Part shown: piece after piece, positions 24,694 to 32,824 of the stretch
Layout of the letters: each line of letters starts with the position of its first letter
Numbering within the stretch: position 1 is the first letter of the stretch
IMG/VR virus record: IMGVR_UViG_3300048848_000230
Location: 1-41,933 of that record
Length of the DNA stretch: 41,933 nucleotides
Reading direction: 5' to 3' (one strand)
DNA from: a virus
Taxonomy: Duplodnaviria > Caudoviricetes
Program-made: the position numbers and the translations under genes
The notes under the pieces: model-generated
Databases searched by the model: none
What the model was told of the DNA's origin: nothing
Seen by the model: only the letters and a program-made list of their open reading frames with translations

Positions 24694-25865
24694 GCAAGCT
24701 CGCCCTCACCATCACCCAGGCGGGTCATGCCCGCTTCACCGCCGCCCAGGTAGACGACGACATCGACCTGTCGATCAGTCAGGTGGGCCTTTCCGATCGC
24801 GAGTTCGTCGCCGCTCCCACGCTCACCGCGCTTCCCGGCGAATTCCGCCGGGTGGCGACGATCTCGGGCGACGCCGTTGGCGACAACGTCGTGCATATGA
24901 TCGTGCGGGATGCAGCGGCGCTCGCCTACAGGGTGCGCGGCTTCGGCCTGTTCCTGGGCGACGGCACGCTGTTCGCGACCTATGCGCAGCCGGATCCGCT
25001 GTTCGAAAAGGCGGCGCTTTCCGAGATGCACCTGGCGATCGACATCGCCTTTCCAACAACCAACGTCGAGCAGCTGACGTTCGGCGACACCAACTTCCTC
25101 AACCCGCCCGCGACGGAAGCAAAGAAGGGTGTGGCCGCCCTCGCCACACAGGACCAAGTCGACGCCGGCACCGATGCCGAGCGCATCGTCACGCCCAAGA
25201 CGCTCGCCCAGCGCCTGGCGTCGCTATGGTCTGGTCGCCGGATCCTCGGCGGCGGTCTCGCCACCGGCGGCGGCGACCTGTCGCAGGATCGCACCATCAC
25301 CGTGCCCGCCGCCACTGCAGCCGAGGCGGATGCGGGCACGCTGGCAACCAAGGCGCTGACGCCGGCAAGCATCGTCAACATCATCGCCTCCATCGCCGCG
25401 CGCGTGCCGCTCACCCGCCGCATCAACACCGGCGGCCTCGCGCTCGGCGGCAGCACGCTTGCGACGGACCCGACGATCTCGGTCCCGGCGGCAACGGCCG
25501 AGCAGCTGCTTGCAGCGACTGCCAGCAACGCGGCGCTGACGCCGGCATCGTTCGGCGGCCTGGCCAAGCTGTTCAACGCGAACGGCTACTACACGCTTCC
25601 GGGTGGCCTGATCGTCCAGTGGGTGACCCATCGCGCGCTGCTGGCGGACGAGCCCACCGCGACCCTCAACTATCCGATCGCCTTTCCGAACGCCTGCCTG
25701 TTCGCGCTGACGTGCCCGTACATCTCAGCCGCCAGCCAGACGCGAGACGGGTGGACCCAGATCGTGGGCGATCCCGGCACCGCCTCCTGCGTCATCCAGG
25801 TGCAGGCGGATGACCAGAACGACCGCCGCATCGACGGCATCAACCTCCTCGTCATCGGACGCTGA
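24690..25865 (+). CDS. Tail fibre protein (P2 gpH-like)
   Basis: H-like N-terminus, repeated T(I)xVPAATA..ALTPAS units, C-terminal NGYYTLPGGLIVQW..YPIAFPNAC domain. Confidence 0.88.
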   Translation: MSKLALTITQAGHARFTAAQVDDDIDLSISQVGLSDREFVAAPTLTALPGEFRRVATISGDAVGDNVVHMIVRDAAALAYRVRGFGLFLGDGTLFATYAQPDPLFEKAALSEMHLAIDIAFPTTNVEQLTFGDTNFLNPPATEAKKGVAALATQDQVDAGTDAERIVTPKTLAQRLASLWSGRRILGGGLATGGGDLSQDRTITVPAATAAEADAGTLATKALTPASIVNIIASIAARVPLTRRINTGGLALGGSTLATDPTISVPAATAEQLLAATASNAALTPASFGGLAKLFNANGYYTLPGGLIVQWVTHRALLADEPTATLNYPIAFPNACLFALTCPYISAASQTRDGWTQIVGDPGTASCVIQVQADDQNDRRIDGINLLVIGR

Positions 25866-25867
25866 AC

Positions 25868-27538
25868 ATGGCCAAAATCTCTGAACTGCCCGAGCTTGTC
25901 GATCCGACCGGCCACGAGACGGTCGTCGTGCTTGCCGAGGGGGAGACGCGGCAAAGCCCGCTCGACCGCCTGGTCGACGCTGCGGTGCGGCCGATTGTCG
26001 AAGATGGGAAAGCAGCGACTCGGGACACGCGAGCAGTCACCAAGGCATATCGCCGCTTCGACGGCGCCGGCGAAAAGCCGCTGTTCTCCGTGGGCGGCCG
26101 CTACGTGCTGAGCATGGACGCCATCAACAGCGAGCCTCGCTGGATGGGCCGCCGGTGGCCGGTCCCGGCGACGGGACCAGTTCGCCAGGCGGTTAGCACG
26201 ATCCGGGAATATACCGGCTCCGGCGCGATCCCTCTGGTGACCATGGCTGGTCGTGAGGTCATCAGCATCGACCGAGAGACGAACAAGCCGCTGTGGATGG
26301 GCGGCCTGTGGCCGGGCGGCGATGGCGGCAGTGCGCCGTCACGGCGCATGCCGTTTGTGCTGATCGTGCCCTACAATGCCTCGGCAGCCATCAAGGCACT
26401 CGCCGATTATGTCTGCACCGGAACCGACGACGATCTGGTCATCCAGGCTGCGATCGATGCGCTGCCCGCCAACGGGGTCGTCTATGACGGCGCAGACCAC
26501 GCAACCACAGGCGGCGTCCGCGGGCACATCTTCCTCGCAGCCGGCATCTTCCTCACGTCGAAGCTGCTTCGCGTGCCGGCCGGCTCGTGCGTTTGCATCG
26601 AGGGCACCAGCCCAACGCCGTGGATCCCGATCGGCCCGGCCGGGATCACGGAATATCCTGGCGGCACGATCATCTATTCGACCGATGCCAGCGGCGGCGT
26701 TCTGCATTTCCCCAAGAACAGCTACGGCCAGCCCGCGACGGGCATCGTCATGCGGAACCTGGAGTTTCGTGTGCGCAACCCGGCTGCGAACACGGGCGGG
26801 ATCGCGCTCAACCTGGATGGGTGGATCACCGGGCATATCGAGAACATCAACGTCCTTGCGGATCTTACCGTGGGTGGTGCCCAGCGTGTCGGCACCGGCA
26901 TCAGCATCAATGCCGGGGCGGCCTCGTCGCGCAAGTTCATGGCGGCGGTGAACGCCTACAACTTCCGCGTGGAGGGCATCCGCATCGACACCACGCACCT
27001 CACCGCGCTGAACATCAGCGCCGGCAACATCGCCGGCGATGCCTACTCGATGGGCATTAAGGTCACCCCCGCCGATGACCTGTATCTCGCGGGCCTCCAG
27101 ACCTTCGGGGTGAAGTACGGCCTGTCAGTGTCGAACAACTCGGCTCTTCAGGTCGTGATCGAATCGCTGCATTGCGAGACCACCGACTATCCGTGCCTGA
27201 TCGACAGCACCCGCCCGGTGTTCATCCGCACGCTGAACATCGACAAGGGCGTGCAGTATCGCGGCGACGTGGTGACGAAGGTTGTGGTCGACACGCTGGT
27301 CGCCAAGGACAACCCGACCAAGCTGGCGCAGTTCTTCACGAAGGTCATCGTCCCCGCCGGGCAGACCAGCGTCAGCGTTGCGCACCGCCTGATCGGCGCG
27401 CCTCGGCTGCGCACGGCAACGCCCCAGAGCGATCCGGGCGGCCGGCACTGGCTCGCGGCCGATGCCACAAACCTGACCCTGACCCTGTCCTCCGCTCCGC
27501 CCGCCGATGTCGCCTTCGACGTCTTCGCCCGCATCTGA
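25868..27538 (+). CDS. Tailspike-like protein, probable beta-helix polysaccharide depolymerase
   Basis: MAKISELP adaptor; DYVCTGTDDDLVIQAAIDAL..GHIFLAAGIF beta-helix cap motif followed by Asn/Ile/Gly-rich repeats. Confidence 0.7.
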   Translation: MAKISELPELVDPTGHETVVVLAEGETRQSPLDRLVDAAVRPIVEDGKAATRDTRAVTKAYRRFDGAGEKPLFSVGGRYVLSMDAINSEPRWMGRRWPVPATGPVRQAVSTIREYTGSGAIPLVTMAGREVISIDRETNKPLWMGGLWPGGDGGSAPSRRMPFVLIVPYNASAAIKALADYVCTGTDDDLVIQAAIDALPANGVVYDGADHATTGGVRGHIFLAAGIFLTSKLLRVPAGSCVCIEGTSPTPWIPIGPAGITEYPGGTIIYSTDASGGVLHFPKNSYGQPATGIVMRNLEFRVRNPAANTGGIALNLDGWITGHIENINVLADLTVGGAQRVGTGISINAGAASSRKFMAAVNAYNFRVEGIRIDTTHLTALNISAGNIAGDAYSMGIKVTPADDLYLAGLQTFGVKYGLSVSNNSALQVVIESLHCETTDYPCLIDSTRPVFIRTLNIDKGVQYRGDVVTKVVVDTLVAKDNPTKLAQFFTKVIVPAGQTSVSVAHRLIGAPRLRTATPQSDPGGRHWLAADATNLTLTLSSAPPADVAFDVFARI

Positions 27539-27548
27539 AAGGCCGGCC

Positions 27549-28523
27549 ATGAACACCTTCATCGACCTCACCTCCGACATCGTCGTCCCTGGCCCGCGCA
27601 TCCCGTTCGCAGACAGTCGGCCACTGATCGCACCGCCCCCGTTCGAGGACGCGGTCGATCACTGGCGCTTCGCCAGGACGGCAGGAAGCCGGCTCGGCCT
27701 GGTCAACGGGCTGCCGATGCGGCGCGGCATCGCGGTGCGGAACCTCACCGGCGGAACGGGCTACACGAGCCGCCCGGTCGTCACGCTGGCCGGCGATGGC
27801 GCGGCGGGCCTGACTGCCTCGGCAGAGATCCAGAATGGCGCGGTCGTGTCGGTGCTCATCAGCGGACAGCCGGTGGATGATACTGCAGCGGTCACCGCGA
27901 CGATCTCGGGCGGCGGCGGCACTGGCGCGACAGTCACCTTCTCGCGCGGGATCGAGCCTACCTACTACGACACCAATGCCGTGACGGCGGCCGGGCGTGA
28001 GAACGGCCTCATCACCTCGATCGACGATCGCGCGGTCTATTCGGAAGCGTATCTCATCCGGCGTCCGGCGTCGGCAGCGGTGCAGCGGATCGGCGGGACA
28101 GCTTCGTCCCCCACTTACGGGCGGGGCGTTGCCGTGGCAGGCGACGGTTTCTCCTGGCATTCTTCCAACCGCATCGAGCACCTGTCCGGCGGGATTGCCA
28201 ACCACCTCGACATTCCCGCCTCCTGGATACCGGGTCGCTGGGGTGTTCTGGTCATCAGCCAGGCGGCAAACGCGCGCTTGTTGCGCGCCTTCGGCCCGGA
28301 TGGCTCGGCGACCAGCCTCGCGCTCGCTTCGGGCAAGGTCATCGCCGACCCGATGCGCAAGCGCGCGATCGGCGGGGTGCATTGGGACTTCTCCAGCGAC
28401 AACCCGTACAAGGCGCTGGAAATCAGCAGCTACGTCAACTGGTCTTTCGCGCTCGGCGATGCGCAGCTGGAGAACTGCGCCTTCGATATGCTCGATGCCG
28501 CGCGGGACGCGGGGCTGATCTAG
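27549..28523 (+). CDS. Second tail-associated beta-rich protein
   Basis: AAGG RBS, co-oriented with the tailspike; GGTGYTSRPVVTL..ISGGGGTGA module. Confidence 0.6.
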   Translation: MNTFIDLTSDIVVPGPRIPFADSRPLIAPPPFEDAVDHWRFARTAGSRLGLVNGLPMRRGIAVRNLTGGTGYTSRPVVTLAGDGAAGLTASAEIQNGAVVSVLISGQPVDDTAAVTATISGGGGTGATVTFSRGIEPTYYDTNAVTAAGRENGLITSIDDRAVYSEAYLIRRPASAAVQRIGGTASSPTYGRGVAVAGDGFSWHSSNRIEHLSGGIANHLDIPASWIPGRWGVLVISQAANARLLRAFGPDGSATSLALASGKVIADPMRKRAIGGVHWDFSSDNPYKALEISSYVNWSFALGDAQLENCAFDMLDAARDAGLI

Positions 28524-29544
28524 TGCCGAGGCCGCTTGCCGAGCCGCGCGTAGCGGGCGTTGATCGCTTCTCTCGCGGGCTGCTCGACCAGGTGGTAACT
28601 TGCCACTGCCGCTACCACCGTTGCGGCCAAAGCGATCGGCGTCACCCACAACGGCGCGCGCTCGGCGACTTTGTAGAATGGCTGCTGCCAGAGGTACAAA
28701 GAGTAGGAATACAGCCCCACCGCCGTGAGAACGCGGCTCGAAAGAACAGCACGAAAGCCTTTCGGCGCTGAGGCAAGGCTATTCACGGATACTGCGAACA
28801 GCAGCGATCCAACCGTGTACCGCACGGGATCGGGGGCAAGTGCGAAAACCCCGATCCCCAGGGCGAGTAGCACCGGAGCTACGAAGCCGGGCACTCTCTT
28901 GTCACTGAGCAGAAGGAACAACACGCACGACAGCAGGACCGATGCGATGCGGACGTCCGTGCGCCAATAAACAGCGTGCGCTTCCAGACCGGACGAATGC
29001 AACATCAGGCCGTTCATGACCGCCGCGACAGAGACAATGGTCATCATGATCACGCCCGCTCGCGCGCTCCACCTAACCGCAAAAGCAATCAGCAGCAGAG
29101 CGAGATAGGTGTGTTCCTCAACGCTGAGGGACCAGAGGTGCCCCAGGACTGAGTTCGAGCCGGTGAGCGCCTGGTAGTAGTTGATGACGAACGTCAGCGC
29201 GGAGACGTACTCCGGCAAGGAAACGCCCATCTTCGCTGGAAGGCCGAGCTGCAACGCCACGCCGGAGGCTACCGCCATCGCAGAAGCAAAGACCAACAGG
29301 GCGGGATATACACGGGAGAGACGCCGGACGATGAACGTCTTGACCCGCACTTTCCGGATGAAATTATCTGCGCCATGAGACTGCCGCTCAGCACGAAGAA
29401 CAACTCCACGCCGAGATCGCCAGCCCACCCGAAAAGACCGCGCGAGAAGTGATCGAGCAGGACGAAGAGCACAGCCAGCCCGCGCCACCCATCCAGGTAA
29501 GGAACGCGGGCGCCAGCTTCCGTCACTTTCGCTTCTGAGGACAT
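28520..29544 (-). pseudogene. Acyltransferase-3 (OafA/YrhL-like) membrane O-acyltransferase, frameshifted near 29364
   Basis: YLDGWRGLAV..GVELFFVLSG in one frame; RRLSRVYP, HLWSLSVEEH, SYSLYLWQQP and SYHLVEQP in another; junction CAG ATA AT TTC ATC lacks one base. Confidence 0.88.
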
Positions 29545-29614
29545 GAACCCCACCCCGTAGTATTCACGAGGTGCGCTACGGCGCAGTAGCGACCTCGTCT
29601 AGTAGGGCCAGCTC

Positions 29615-29643
29615 GCAATCGTAGAGTGCGTCTCTACGATTGC
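29615..29643 (+). promoter_or_regulatory. Late-promoter palindrome 3, upstream of baseplate V
   Basis: Identical 29-mer to 23111-23139. Confidence 0.8.
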
Positions 29644-29684
29644 GCCCCTCGTGACGCCGCTGCCGGTCCGCGCATGGTCGGATC

Positions 29685-30206
29685 GTGGCCGAACCTGTCG
29701 ACACCCCCCGCCTGATCGGCGACCTGCTGCGCGAAGGCGTTGTGATCGAACGCGCCGGTGCGACCTGCCGCGTCGCCATCGGCGATCTCGAAAGCGGCCC
29801 TATCCCTTGGCTCGCCGGACGCGCCGGCGACGCGGTCATCTGGTCCCCGCCCAGCGTGGGCGAACAGGTGGTGGTGCTTTCGCCCGAAGGTGACATCGAG
29901 CGCGCGATCGTCCTGCCTGGCATCTTCTCCGACGCGCACCCGGCACCAGGCGACGACACCACGCACATCACTTTCGCGGATGGCACCTGGATCGGCTACG
30001 ATCCGGGCGCGGGCGAAGCGATGGTGGCGCTGGGCGACGGCACCGGCCTCACGATCGCACCGGGCAAGATCCGCATCAACTGCGACGTCGAGATCGCCGG
30101 CAAGCTCACCGCCTCGGATGATGTCGTGGGTGGCGGCAAGAGCCTCAAGGATCACCTCCACACCAAGGTGCAGGCCGGCGGCGCCATCTCGGGGCCGCCG
30201 CAATGA
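29685..30206 (+). CDS. Baseplate spike protein V
   Basis: IPWLAGRAG..WSPPSVGEQV..LSPEG, C-terminal SLKDHLH (HxH). Confidence 0.95.
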   Translation: MAEPVDTPRLIGDLLREGVVIERAGATCRVAIGDLESGPIPWLAGRAGDAVIWSPPSVGEQVVVLSPEGDIERAIVLPGIFSDAHPAPGDDTTHITFADGTWIGYDPGAGEAMVALGDGTGLTIAPGKIRINCDVEIAGKLTASDDVVGGGKSLKDHLHTKVQAGGAISGPPQ

Positions 30207-30565
30207 TCGGCATGAACGCCGCCACCGGCAAGCTGCTGGAAGGCATCGAGCATCTTCGCCAGTCGGTGCACGACATCCTCGGCACGCCGCTCGGCACCCG
30301 CGTCGGCCGGCGCTGGTACGGCTCGCACATCCCCGAGCTGCTCGATCAGCCGATGAACGATCGCACCCGCCTGGCGCTCGTCGCCGCAGGCGCCCTCGCC
30401 CTGATGCGACAGGAGCCGCGGATTCGCGCCACGCGCATCACGGTCGAGACCGGCGGCACCACCGGTAGCGCCGTCCTGCGCATCGTCGGCAAGCGCCTGG
30501 ACGGCCCCCGCACCGACGCCCCGCTCACCCTCGCCATCACCGTTCGCGCCGCCAGCGCATCCTGA
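30203..30565 (+). CDS. Baseplate protein W (gp25-like)
   Basis: GMNAATG, HLRQSVHDILGTPLGTRV.RR.YGS, EPRI. Confidence 0.95.
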   Translation: MIGMNAATGKLLEGIEHLRQSVHDILGTPLGTRVGRRWYGSHIPELLDQPMNDRTRLALVAAGALALMRQEPRIRATRITVETGGTTGSAVLRIVGKRLDGPRTDAPLTLAITVRAASAS

Positions 30566-30576
30566 AAGGACCAACC

Positions 30577-31761
30577 ATGGCCGACCGTTACCACCACGGC
30601 ATTTCCCTGACCGAAGTCTCGAACAGCGCGCGCACCATCGCGACCGTTGCCACTGCCGTCATCGGCCTGGTCGCCACCGCGCCAGCTGCCGCTGCCGATG
30701 CCTTCCCGCTCAACCGGCCAGTGCTGGTCCGCGACCTCGACGCCGCAGTCGTCGCGGCCGGCGCCGGTGGTACCCTCGCGGCCACGCTGTCGGCCATTGC
30801 TGCCACCGTTCGCGCGCCGGTCGTCGTGGTGCGTGTCGCTCCCGGCGCAGACGCTGCCGCTACCCAGGCCGCGATCATCGGCGCCGACGTGAACGGTCTG
30901 CGCACCGGCATGCAGGCGCTGCTCGGCGCCGAGGCGGCAACCGGCGCCAAGCCGCGCATCCTTGCCACGCCCGGTCTGGAGAATGAGGCTGTCACCGCCG
31001 CCCTTGCCGAAGTGGCCGAGAAGCTGCGCGCCATGGCCTATGCCAAGGCGCTGGGCGAGAACGTGGCCGCCGTCGACGCATACGCCGCCGGCTTCACCTC
31101 GCGCGCGCTGATGCTGCTGTGGCCGGACGTCACCGTCCGCCGCGCGGACGGCACCACCGTACCGAGCTTCGCCGCCGCCCATGCCATCGCGATGCGCGCG
31201 CGGATCGATCAGGAGCAGGGCTGGCATAAGACGCTGTCGAACGTGCCACTGCCCGGCATCACCGCTGGCGCTGGCGTTGCAGGCATCTCCCGCGACGTCA
31301 CCTTCGACATTCAGGATCCGGACTGCGACGCAAATGTGCTGAACGCCGCCAACGTCACCACGCTGGTCCGCATCAACGGCGAGCTGCGCTTCTGGGGCTC
31401 CCGCACCACCTCCAGCGACGCGGACTTCGCCTTCGAGTCCGCAACCCGCACCGCCCACATTCTCGCCGACACCATTGCCGCCGGCCTGGTCTGGGCGATC
31501 GACAAGCCGCTGATCCCCAGCCTCGCGCGCGACATCGTCGAACAGTGCAACGAGAAATTCCGCGCCATGACGCGTGCGGGCGAGATCTACGGCGCCGTCG
31601 CGGTGTTCGACGCGGCCAAGAACCCGACCGAGCAGCTGCGCACGGGCGTGCTGACGATCGGCTATCGCTACACACCGATTCCTCCGCTGGAGCGGCTGAA
31701 CCTCGTCCAAGCAATCAGCGACGAGTTCCTGGCCAACTTCGCCGACCTGGTCAGCGCCTGA
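30577..31761 (+). CDS. Tail sheath protein FI
   Basis: YHHGI, TAVIGLVATA, FPLNRPVL, GWHKTLSN and RFWGSRT. Confidence 0.96.
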   Translation: MADRYHHGISLTEVSNSARTIATVATAVIGLVATAPAAAADAFPLNRPVLVRDLDAAVVAAGAGGTLAATLSAIAATVRAPVVVVRVAPGADAAATQAAIIGADVNGLRTGMQALLGAEAATGAKPRILATPGLENEAVTAALAEVAEKLRAMAYAKALGENVAAVDAYAAGFTSRALMLLWPDVTVRRADGTTVPSFAAAHAIAMRARIDQEQGWHKTLSNVPLPGITAGAGVAGISRDVTFDIQDPDCDANVLNAANVTTLVRINGELRFWGSRTTSSDADFAFESATRTAHILADTIAAGLVWAIDKPLIPSLARDIVEQCNEKFRAMTRAGEIYGAVAVFDAAKNPTEQLRTGVLTIGYRYTPIPPLERLNLVQAISDEFLANFADLVSA

Positions 31762-31802
31762 GCTGCGCAGCCCCCATCCCTTTCCTACCGGAGTACTGAC
31801 CC

Positions 31803-32312
31803 ATGGGTTTCCCCCGCAAGCTTAAGCAGATGGCGTTGTTCGTTGACGGCGCCTGGATTGCTGAGAACATTTCGATGACGCTCCCCAAGCTGGCCCGCAA
31901 GTTCGAGGAATACCGCGGCGGCGGCATGGGCGGCGCGGTCGGCGTCGACATGGGCGCCGATGGCCTGCTCGAAGCCCAGTGGAGCTGCGGTGGCTGGGTC
32001 CGCGACGTGCTGCGCCAGTACGGCGCCTCGATCTCGGGGACGCAGCTGCGGTTCGTCGGCTCGCTGGAGAACGACGACACGGGCGAGCTGACCAGCGTCG
32101 AAGTCGTCATGCGTGGCCGGCACCAGGAGATTGACCTGGGCGAATCCAAGCCGGGCGAAGACACCGAGATGAAGATCAAGAGCGTCCTCGCCTACTACAA
32201 ACTCGACTGGAACGGCGCGACCGACATCGAGATCGACCGGCTGGGCATGATCGAGATCGTCGGCGGCGTCGACCTGATGGCCGGGCACCGCGCCAACCTC
32301 GGCTTCCTGTGA
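31803..32312 (+). CDS. Tail tube protein FII
   Basis: PRKLK, TLPKLARKFEEYRGGGM, VEVVMRGR, YYKL. Confidence 0.96.
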   Translation: MGFPRKLKQMALFVDGAWIAENISMTLPKLARKFEEYRGGGMGGAVGVDMGADGLLEAQWSCGGWVRDVLRQYGASISGTQLRFVGSLENDDTGELTSVEVVMRGRHQEIDLGESKPGEDTEMKIKSVLAYYKLDWNGATDIEIDRLGMIEIVGGVDLMAGHRANLGFL

Positions 32313-32374
32313 TCCCCGGTCCCGGCCGCCGCGTCGGGGCCGCCCCGCCTCTCCTCGTTTCGAAAGTCTGACCC

Positions 32375-32689
32375 ATGTCCGAACCCAAGATCCGCTCGTT
32401 CACCCTGCAGGCCGCGATCTCCGTCGCTGGCAAGGTCGAGCATGAAGCCGGCACCAAGATCACCGTCCGCAAGCCCCAGGCGGGCGACATGCGCGGCCTG
32501 TCGCTCAACCCGCTGATCCAGGGCGACTACAACTCGCTCGAAACGCTCGCCCCGCGCATCACGACGCCCATCCTGCACAAGCAGGTGTTCGCCGCGATGG
32601 ACCCGGCCGACCTGACCCAGTTCGGCGGCGAAGTGCTGGATTTTTTGCTGCCGAACGAAGCGAAGCAGGCGGTCTACCAGCCCGAGTAG
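32375..32689 (+). CDS. Tail assembly chaperone gpE
   Basis: ITVRKPQAGDMRGLSL..PRITTP..MDPADL..VLDFL. Confidence 0.92.
   Translation: MSEPKIRSFTLQAAISVAGKVEHEAGTKITVRKPQAGDMRGLSLNPLIQGDYNSLETLAPRITTPILHKQVFAAMDPADLTQFGGEVLDFLLPNEAKQAVYQPE
32641..32647 (+). other. -1 programmed ribosomal frameshift site (E to E+E')
   Basis: GAT TTT TTG contains TTTTTTG as in P2; the -1 frame is open to TGA at 32818-32820. Confidence 0.85.
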
Positions 32690-32697
32690 AACCGATC

Positions 32698-32820
32698 ATG
32701 GCGGACATCTGGTGGGTGCTGCGCGGGCAGCCCGGCTACGAAGCGATGTGCGCCATGTCCCTATCCGAACTGATGAACTGGCACGCGCTCGCCATCGAAC
32801 GCGCGCCCAAGAAGGAATGA
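32698..32820 (+). CDS. gpE' extension (missing from the ORF track)
   Basis: MADIWWVLRGQPGYEAMCAMSLSELMNWHALAIERAPKKE, matching the P2 E' pattern MADI..MSLxEL..W. Confidence 0.85.
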   Translation: MADIWWVLRGQPGYEAMCAMSLSELMNWHALAIERAPKKE

Positions 32821-32824
32821 CGCC

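Noticed and set aside
24690-28523. Tail-fibre diversification by DGR or invertase
   Set aside because: No reverse transcriptase, template/variable repeat pair, serine invertase or flanking inverted sites seen
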